Below are positions 35,348 through 41,420 of a stretch of 41,420 bases of DNA, piece by piece. Source of the stretch: a virus (Duplodnaviria > Heunggongvirae > Uroviricota > Caudoviricetes); the IMG/VR virus record IMGVR_UViG_2721755647_000003, positions 1 to 41,420 of that record, one strand, 5' to 3'. The notes beneath the pieces were generated by a model. That model saw nothing but the letters and a program-made list of their open reading frames with translations, did not search any database and had not been told where the DNA came from. Within the stretch, counting starts at the first letter, position 1; every line of letters begins with the position of its first letter. The position numbers were made by a program, and so were the translations under genes.

Positions 35348-38104
35348 ATGACGGTCTCAACCGAAGTTGACCACAACGAATACACCGGTAACGGCGCTAC
35401 GACATCATTTCCGTATACCTTCCGTATTTTCAAAAAATCCGACCTGGTTGTTCAGGTGTCTGACCTGAACGGGAACGTAACAGAATTGGTTCTGGATACC
35501 GGTTATACGGTAACTGGGGCGGGCACTTATAGTGGCGGTTCTGTTGTTCTTCCGTCGCCGCTTGCTGCTGGATGGCGAATTACGATAGATCGTGTGCTTG
35601 ATGTAGTGCAGGAGACAGACCTTCGCAATCAGGGAAAATTTTTCCCCGAAGTGCATGAAGATGCTTTTGACTACCTGACGATGCTGATCCAGCAATGTTT
35701 TGGGTGGTTCAGACGTGCATTGATGAAACCATCTTTGCTTGCAAAATATTACGATGCAAAGCAAAACAGAATTTCTAACCTTGCAGATCCATCACTTGAG
35801 CAGGATGCTGTAAATAATCGCTCAATGCGTAATTATGTTGATGCTGCAATCGCCGGAGTTGTTGGTGGTTTTGGTTGGTTTATTCAGTATGGTTCTGGAG
35901 CAGTATACCGAACGTTCCAGGATAAGATGCGGGATAACGTTAACGCTCTTGATTTTGTTCCGTTTGAGCAAAGATATGCTGCATTAAATTTTGAAGTTGA
36001 TGCGTCTGAATGGTTAATTAATGCGATAAATTCTGGTGCAAGTGTCGTTAGAATACCTGCAGGTAAATGGATGATTTCTAAGAACATAGATGTGCCTCCT
36101 GGAGTGTCATTAATTGGTGATGGCATTGATTATTGGGATACATATAGACCAGCGCCTGAAAGATTATTAAAAAGTTGGAGTAAAGGAACCCATCTTGTAT
36201 TTACTGGTGATGGAGAAAAAAACAAATATTTTTTTAACATCTCTAATGAAAGACCAGTTAAAATTGTTGAAGGGATATCTTGTAAGTTCACTGAGTTTAC
36301 AAATGAAGATTCTGTAGGTGTTACTCCTGCTACACCAAAAGCCATGAGCGTAGCTGTTAGTATCAACAGGGCATCACAGTTACGCAACCTGAGAATAATG
36401 GTAAGTAAAAATGGTATTGAAGGATACAATAACCCTGATTCTTATTCATTGGGTGATGACTGGGATATAGGGTTGCATGTATACGATAGCTGTGATTCAG
36501 TTATTGATAACGTACAGATTGTCGGCTATTGGAGGGTAAAAGGACTACTACTGACAGAAAATGACGGGAGCCTTTCAATGAAGGGAAATCCTGAAAAAAC
36601 GCACTTTAATAACGTTTATGTCCAGTCAGGGATCGCGATAAGGAATAGCCCTCAGATTGATCTTGTAAGTAATACTGAAAGCTCAGTGACATTTAAACAT
36701 AAAAAGTCGATGAGAATAACTTCAGTTAAACAGTTTAAAATTGCTGGCAGTGAATCAGTATATACGTATTCAGATGCATCATTTGATGGAGCTAACATCA
36801 CACTATCTGGTATTTCTCCTGAAATACAAGGTACAATAAGTGTAATCAGGTTTCCGTCAATTGGTAATAATTTTAGCGGGACTGTTTTTGAGAATACAGT
36901 AGCCACTACTCTTGATCATACATCAGGTAAGCCATCAGAATACTTTGGCCTTCCTGCATCCTTTGCATTAGAGGTTGATGGTTTCCCTGTTCGTAATTTA
37001 AGGTTTGATAAATTCAAAGCTCAAACAACATTTGATAAAGGAAATTGCATTTTTGGTGATTGCCGTGATGTTAAAATAACATCATCTGAGTTTGAAAATG
37101 GAATTATGATTGCGTATAACCTGACCGAGACTCAGGGTTATACAGGAAATCTTAGATTTTTTGCTTCTGATCTTCAGAGCAGCGTTAACACAAGTGAGTT
37201 TAAACCAAGAGACGCATTTGTAGACAATAGACAAATAAAAACGGAGTTTACTGATGGTTCGTTCATTATAAAGAACTGGAGGCCTACAGATACAAAAATA
37301 CAATGGTCGTCTGGAGTAGATGCTATTGTTCTTAGAGAGTCACCTGACGAACAATCAGACGGAAATATTTACGGGTATCACATTGATGGTAAAAGATGGA
37401 TTAATGTTAGTGGATATAACAAAGATATAAATATTTCATCAAGAAACTTAAGCGTAAAAAACCATGGTGATGACTCTGCAGTTATTAATATATTCGGCGA
37501 CTCTGGAAATATTGCCATTAAAGGTAATTTTTCACCAATTATTGATAACAGCAAATCTCTTGGTGCACCATCATTTAGATGGGCACAGGTTTATTCTGCG
37601 AACGGTTCGATAAACACATCAGATGGTAGAGAAAAAAGTGAACCGATTAGTACAAGTGAGCTCAGCTTGTATATGTCTCGTGGTTATGAAGGTGATGCAA
37701 TTCTGGATGCATGGGGAGATATCAGGATTGTAGCTTTTCGCTGGCTTGATGCCGTCAGGGAAAAGGGAGATGGTGCCCGCTGGCATTTTGGTGTTATAGC
37801 ACAACAAGTGAGAGACACTTTCCTCGCGCATGGGATTGATGGAACCAGATTTGGCCTTCTCTGTTACGATGAATGGGATGATAAATACGCGCCAGTGATG
37901 GCGGTAAGGATGATCACTAAAGTTGTGGATGGCGTCGAAATTGAGATGGAAGAAGAATACGAAACAGAAGAGCGAACTCTGGTTTGCAAGGCTGGAAATA
38001 GGTGGGGTATCCGTACTGACCAGTGTTTATGGCTTGAGTCAGCTTATTTGCGTAGAAGAATCGAAAAAATAGAATCACGTCTTGCAATGCTTAAAAGTAG
38101 CTAA
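35348..38104 (+). CDS. Tail fibre / tailspike protein (918 aa): conserved N-terminal virion-attachment region, AT-rich central receptor-binding region, C-terminal chaperone-like domain
   Basis: N-terminus MTVSTEVDHNEYTGNGATTSFPYTF typical of podoviral tail fibre anchors; central part Asn/Ser/Ile-rich and AT-rich; C-terminal region resembles intramolecular-chaperone domains (inference). Confidence 0.75.
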   Translation: MTVSTEVDHNEYTGNGATTSFPYTFRIFKKSDLVVQVSDLNGNVTELVLDTGYTVTGAGTYSGGSVVLPSPLAAGWRITIDRVLDVVQETDLRNQGKFFPEVHEDAFDYLTMLIQQCFGWFRRALMKPSLLAKYYDAKQNRISNLADPSLEQDAVNNRSMRNYVDAAIAGVVGGFGWFIQYGSGAVYRTFQDKMRDNVNALDFVPFEQRYAALNFEVDASEWLINAINSGASVVRIPAGKWMISKNIDVPPGVSLIGDGIDYWDTYRPAPERLLKSWSKGTHLVFTGDGEKNKYFFNISNERPVKIVEGISCKFTEFTNEDSVGVTPATPKAMSVAVSINRASQLRNLRIMVSKNGIEGYNNPDSYSLGDDWDIGLHVYDSCDSVIDNVQIVGYWRVKGLLLTENDGSLSMKGNPEKTHFNNVYVQSGIAIRNSPQIDLVSNTESSVTFKHKKSMRITSVKQFKIAGSESVYTYSDASFDGANITLSGISPEIQGTISVIRFPSIGNNFSGTVFENTVATTLDHTSGKPSEYFGLPASFALEVDGFPVRNLRFDKFKAQTTFDKGNCIFGDCRDVKITSSEFENGIMIAYNLTETQGYTGNLRFFASDLQSSVNTSEFKPRDAFVDNRQIKTEFTDGSFIIKNWRPTDTKIQWSSGVDAIVLRESPDEQSDGNIYGYHIDGKRWINVSGYNKDINISSRNLSVKNHGDDSAVINIFGDSGNIAIKGNFSPIIDNSKSLGAPSFRWAQVYSANGSINTSDGREKSEPISTSELSLYMSRGYEGDAILDAWGDIRIVAFRWLDAVREKGDGARWHFGVIAQQVRDTFLAHGIDGTRFGLLCYDEWDDKYAPVMAVRMITKVVDGVEIEMEEEYETEERTLVCKAGNRWGIRTDQCLWLESAYLRRRIEKIESRLAMLKSS

Positions 38105-38333
38105 ACATTGAGGATTAATCTTAGTAGCCGGATTGCTTATTACGAAGTAAGTTCGGCTTCTTTCTTCTTTAATTGTGACTGAGAGGTACACTAGACCATT
38201 TTCTGAACGAAATTTTCATTGCCGTAGAAGGCAGAAATACAGCGTTTTGAGGTAACTATTATCCTTAAATGGTTTATTATGTGTGCATCTTCAATAGTAA
38301 GGAGATTGTTATGCGTAATAAACGGTGTTCATT

Positions 38334-38738
38334 ATGTCAGCCCATCTAACTACTGATTCTTTAAATCAATGGCTTAGTATGAGCTCTCTTGCTGCAGTTA
38401 TCGTAGGCGTTCCGCCAGAGGTGGCGCTCGGTGCTCTTGCTGGTGCGGTAATTTTTGTTACCTCTGCGGTAGAGTATCCAATTCATCGTCGCGTACTCTT
38501 ATCGATGCTTAGCTTTCTCTGTGGACTTCTTTTCTACAAACCAGCAGCATCAATTCTTATCGGCATAGCCAGCCTGATCCCTACCATCACGCAGGACTCT
38601 TTTGAAAAAGGGATTGTTTTCTCTGCTGGCGCATTCGTGTCAGCAATTGTCGCTGTGCGTATTGGTATATGGCTCTACCACCGTTCAGACAATCCACGCG
38701 ATTTAATTCCGGGGAGAAAAGACGATGGTAACGCATGA
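38334..38738 (+). CDS. Putative holin / lysis membrane protein (about 134 aa; start uncertain)
   Basis: Several hydrophobic helices; first gene of the lysis cassette; a strong AAGGAG RBS serves an overlapping 12-codon ORF at 38311 in another frame. Confidence 0.55.
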   Translation: MSAHLTTDSLNQWLSMSSLAAVIVGVPPEVALGALAGAVIFVTSAVEYPIHRRVLLSMLSFLCGLLFYKPAASILIGIASLIPTITQDSFEKGIVFSAGAFVSAIVAVRIGIWLYHRSDNPRDLIPGRKDDGNA

Positions 38739-39033
38739 GTTTTTTTTGCTTATCACCAATGCAGTTATTTGTACTGGCATAGCAATTCGCGTTGTCACAT
38801 TCCGGCGTAACGGCTCTCAACATCGAAGATGGGGAGGGTGGCTTGCTTATTTCCTTATTGTTGCTGCGGCCAGTATTCCTGTTCGTGTCGTCTATGCAAT
38901 CTGGTTACGCACGCCAATGGCTGTGGATTTATCTGAGGTCATTATCAACGCTGTCATGCTTGCCGCGGTTATTAAAACACGCGGTAACGTTGTTCAGATT
39001 TTCAAAATATCGAGGTCTAAACATGGAGATTAA
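38725..39033 (+). CDS. Second putative holin-like membrane protein (102 aa)
   Basis: Three hydrophobic segments, basic C-terminus; GGGGAG RBS; overlaps both flanking genes. Confidence 0.55.
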   Translation: MVTHEFFLLITNAVICTGIAIRVVTFRRNGSQHRRWGGWLAYFLIVAAASIPVRVVYAIWLRTPMAVDLSEVIINAVMLAAVIKTRGNVVQIFKISRSKHGD

Positions 39034-39652
39034 ACAATTCCAGCGAGCTGCTGGTATTAGCGAGGCGCTGGCCGCACGCTGGTTCTCGCATATAACTTCT
39101 GCGATGAAAGAGTTTGGTATCAGCAAAGCAGAAGATCAGGCAATGTTTATTGCTCAAGTCGGGCATGAGTCTGGGGGCTTCACCAGGTTGCAGGAGAATT
39201 TCAACTACAGTGTCAGCGGACTGGCTAACTTCGTTCGGGCTGGGCGTCTCACTCAGGGGCAGGCTAATGCGCTGGGTCGCCATGCTGGTGAACCACCATT
39301 GCCACTCGAGCGCCAGCGAGCGATTGCCAATCTGGTGTACAGCAAACGCATGGGGAACAATGCCCCAGGCGATGGCTGGAATTACCGTGGCCGCGGACTT
39401 ATCCAGATTACCGGTTTGAATAACTATCGTGATTGCGGAAACGGCCTGAAAGTGGACCTGCTGGAGAATCCTGAACTGTTGGCGCAGGACGAATACGCGG
39501 CTCGTAGCGCGGCGTGGTTCTTCTCCAGCAAAGGTTGCATGAAGTATACCGGCGATATTGCACGTGTAACTCTGATTATCAATGGTGGCAGGAATGGCAT
39601 CGACGACCGGCGCGCGCGGTACGTCACTGCCAGTAAGGTGCTGGCTGTATGA
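39023..39652 (+). CDS. Endolysin, glycoside hydrolase family 19 (chitinase-like lysozyme), 209 aa
   Basis: [12 protein letters not shown] and [15 protein letters not shown] motifs typical of GH19 endolysins. Confidence 0.85.
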   Translation: MEIKQFQRAAGISEALAARWFSHITSAMKEFGISKAEDQAMFIAQVGHESGGFTRLQENFNYSVSGLANFVRAGRLTQGQANALGRHAGEPPLPLERQRAIANLVYSKRMGNNAPGDGWNYRGRGLIQITGLNNYRDCGNGLKVDLLENPELLAQDEYAARSAAWFFSSKGCMKYTGDIARVTLIINGGRNGIDDRRARYVTASKVLAV

Positions 39653-40131
39653 TCTGGTCATTCGTAAAAGCATACCGTAAACAGTTGATTATCATGGCGG
39701 TGCTTGCTGTTCTGGTCATATCAGGAGTTGTTGCCTGGAATGTGCACGGCAGTCGTCAGTACGACGCTGGGTATGCACAGGCGAAAGAAGACCGCAAAAC
39801 CGAAGATGAGAGAATTCGTCAGCACTACGAACAGGAGAAATCGATCAATGAACGTGAAGCGCAGCAGAGGATCGACCAGGCGCGCAATGATGCTCTTGAT
39901 GCTGCCGCTCGCGCTGGCCGGTTGCAGCAACAGCTCGTTGCCATCCGTGAGCAGCTCAGGCACTATAACGCCATTGTCGGCGCTGGGTCGTCAGCCGCAG
40001 ACACCGGAGTTTTGCTTGCCGACGTGTTCAGCAAATCTCTCGAGAGAAATAGACAACTGGCAGAGTATGCTGACCGGGCAGCCGAAGCCGGAAGAGTCTG
40101 CGAAAAACAGTACGACACCCTGACCAGATAG
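39649..40131 (+). CDS. Rz-like i-spanin (160 aa)
   Basis: N-terminal TM helix, coiled-coil periplasmic domain; coupled to endolysin; contains an embedded +1-frame lipoprotein gene. Confidence 0.8.
   Translation: MIWSFVKAYRKQLIIMAVLAVLVISGVVAWNVHGSRQYDAGYAQAKEDRKTEDERIRQHYEQEKSINEREAQQRIDQARNDALDAAARAGRLQQQLVAIREQLRHYNAIVGAGSSAADTGVLLADVFSKSLERNRQLAEYADRAAEAGRVCEKQYDTLTR
39887..40123 (+). CDS. Rz1-like o-spanin lipoprotein embedded in the Rz gene (78 aa)
   Basis: [13 protein letters not shown] lipobox signal followed by Pro-rich sequence, wholly inside Rz in another frame. Confidence 0.75.
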   Translation: MMLLMLPLALAGCSNSSLPSVSSSGTITPLSALGRQPQTPEFCLPTCSANLSREIDNWQSMLTGQPKPEESAKNSTTP

Positions 40132-40285
40132 CATGGCATTTTTCATGGTACTGATTTCCGGTGACGGTATATAAAACGGTACGAGAAAAATTCATCTTTG
40201 GAAAAATGTTATCACTCAATTGGTTATGGTATCCGTAAATAATTGAGTGGGAATGATTTGAACCCTGCACTATGAATGAACAAAA

Positions 40286-40311
40286 CCCTCTGTTACTACA
40301 GAGGGTTTTTT
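40286..40311. terminator. Bidirectional intrinsic terminator between the lysis cassette and the convergent lipoprotein genes
   Basis: CCCTCTG-TTACTA-CAGAGGG followed by TTTTTT on the plus strand, A-run on the other side. Confidence 0.65.
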
Positions 40312-40349
40312 ATACTCACGAATCATAGGCTTGAAGTTACTGACATCGC

Positions 40350-40889
40350 TTAGTTAAACCAGCTGTCCGATTTGTTCTCTTCTGCTTTACCCACGCTTTT
40401 CATCAGATCGCGACCGCCTTCAGTCATATTTCTGTTTGCGTCAGCTTCAGATTGCACCACATCGGTTTGCGCAGCTTTGTGCTTCAGTTCCTGATCGATA
40501 AATTCGTTTTCGCGCTTGACGCGGGCTTCTTCTTTCGCCAGCGCCAGTTTTTGTTTCTGAATCTCTAAGCTGCGTAGCTCATCTTCATAACTTTGATCGC
40601 GTTTTTTGTCCGCAGTGGCTTCGGCGTCCAGTTTATCCTGACGAGCTTTCTTATTCGCCGCTGCCGTTGCCGCTCTTTTATTAGCCGCGGCCTGGGCGTT
40701 TGCGCGACGTTGCTTCTCTTGCTGGATTTCCCTGTTGCGCTCCGCGACCCATTCGTCATGCTGCCTTTGCTCTTCATTTTTACCTTGCTGTTCCGCTTCT
40801 GCGACAGCCGAGAGTTGATCCTGCAATGATGAGGCGATAGCCGGATAGCTTAAGGAGGCTAAGATGGCGCAAAGAAAAACTTTCTTCAT
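40350..40889 (-). CDS. Secreted coiled-coil protein of unknown function (179 aa); host flank or moron
   Basis: Signal peptide MKKVFLCAILASLSYPAIAS; Lys/Glu/Ala/Gln-rich helical remainder. Confidence 0.6.
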   Translation of the reverse strand: MKKVFLCAILASLSYPAIASSLQDQLSAVAEAEQQGKNEEQRQHDEWVAERNREIQQEKQRRANAQAAANKRAATAAANKKARQDKLDAEATADKKRDQSYEDELRSLEIQKQKLALAKEEARVKRENEFIDQELKHKAAQTDVVQSEADANRNMTEGGRDLMKSVGKAEENKSDSWFN

Positions 40890-40904
40890 GACTCCTCCTG
40901 ATTA

Positions 40905-41420
40905 TTAGCTCTTTTCAGGACATTTGGTATTTGGCTGAATACGCGTTTCGTTATACGTCGTGGTAATAACAACGGCTAAACCTGTCGTAAACTGGCACTC
41001 TTTACCCACCTGGGTGGAGGTATACACTTTGGTGCCTTCCTTATATGTTAAAGAAACACCTTCCACTAAGGTTTTATCATTCACCATCGAACCCGCTGCC
41101 GCGCCTACAGCTCCGCCGCCAACTGCACCTGCCGTCGTTCCGGAATTGCTGCCAGACCCGACGTTGTGGCCGATAACACCGCCAGCGACAGCGCCAATAA
41201 GCGCGCCGAAGGCTTGTGCGTTCCGTTTATTTTGGGCGTTGTCTACGGCAACTTTTGCGGGAAGAATGGAAATAATATTAACGGTTTTAGTTTCTTGTTT
41301 GGTATTCAGTTGATCGGTTTGATAAACATCGGCAGCATGATCATCAGCATTTGACTGGCATCCTGCCAGAGTGAATGACGCTAACATTGCCACAGGCAGA
41401 AGACATTTTTTAAATTTCAT
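40905..41420 (-). CDS. Glycine-zipper outer-membrane lipoprotein (SlyB/Pcp-like), 171 aa; host flank or moron
   Basis: Lipobox LAGC; glycine zipper GALIGAVAGGVIGHNVGSG; ATG exactly at the window end. Confidence 0.65.
   Translation of the reverse strand: MKFKKCLLPVAMLASFTLAGCQSNADDHAADVYQTDQLNTKQETKTVNIISILPAKVAVDNAQNKRNAQAFGALIGAVAGGVIGHNVGSGSNSGTTAGAVGGGAVGAAAGSMVNDKTLVEGVSLTYKEGTKVYTSTQVGKECQFTTGLAVVITTTYNETRIQPNTKCPEKS

Overview
The window is almost entirely one temperate prophage (about positions 1-40200), read by eye from the sequence and the supplied ORF track; no database search was run, so all product calls rest on recognised motifs, gene order and context. Left to right: a tyrosine integrase, then a minus-strand early-left arm (Ser/Thr phosphatase, N6-adenine methyltransferase, AlpA-type excisionase, RecT-family annealing protein, PD-(D/E)XK exonuclease), a tandem-HTH repressor divergent from a Cro-like gene, lambda O/P-like replication genes with an in-gene iteron array, a nin-like block of small genes, P27-type terminase small and large subunits, an antisense insertion carrying a tRNA-Arg(UCU) and a Gp49-like gene, a podovirus/T7-like morphogenesis block (portal, scaffold, capsid, tail tubular A/B, four internal virion proteins), an AT-rich accessory island, Bro-N antirepressor genes, a mosaic tail fibre, and a terminal lysis cassette (holins, GH19 endolysin, Rz/Rz1). 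Two lipoprotein genes at the right edge may be host flank. The best candidate for an undescribed system is the AT-rich three-gene membrane-protein operon at 32161-33762 (no recognisable family), with the adjacent secreted protein. Two repeated DNA signals are not explained by ordinary annotation: a 15-bp palindrome TTACC-N5-GGTAA at nine or more intergenic positions in front of nearly every transcription unit, and three exact copies of GTGACATGTCAC, each wedged between a stop codon and an intrinsic terminator.
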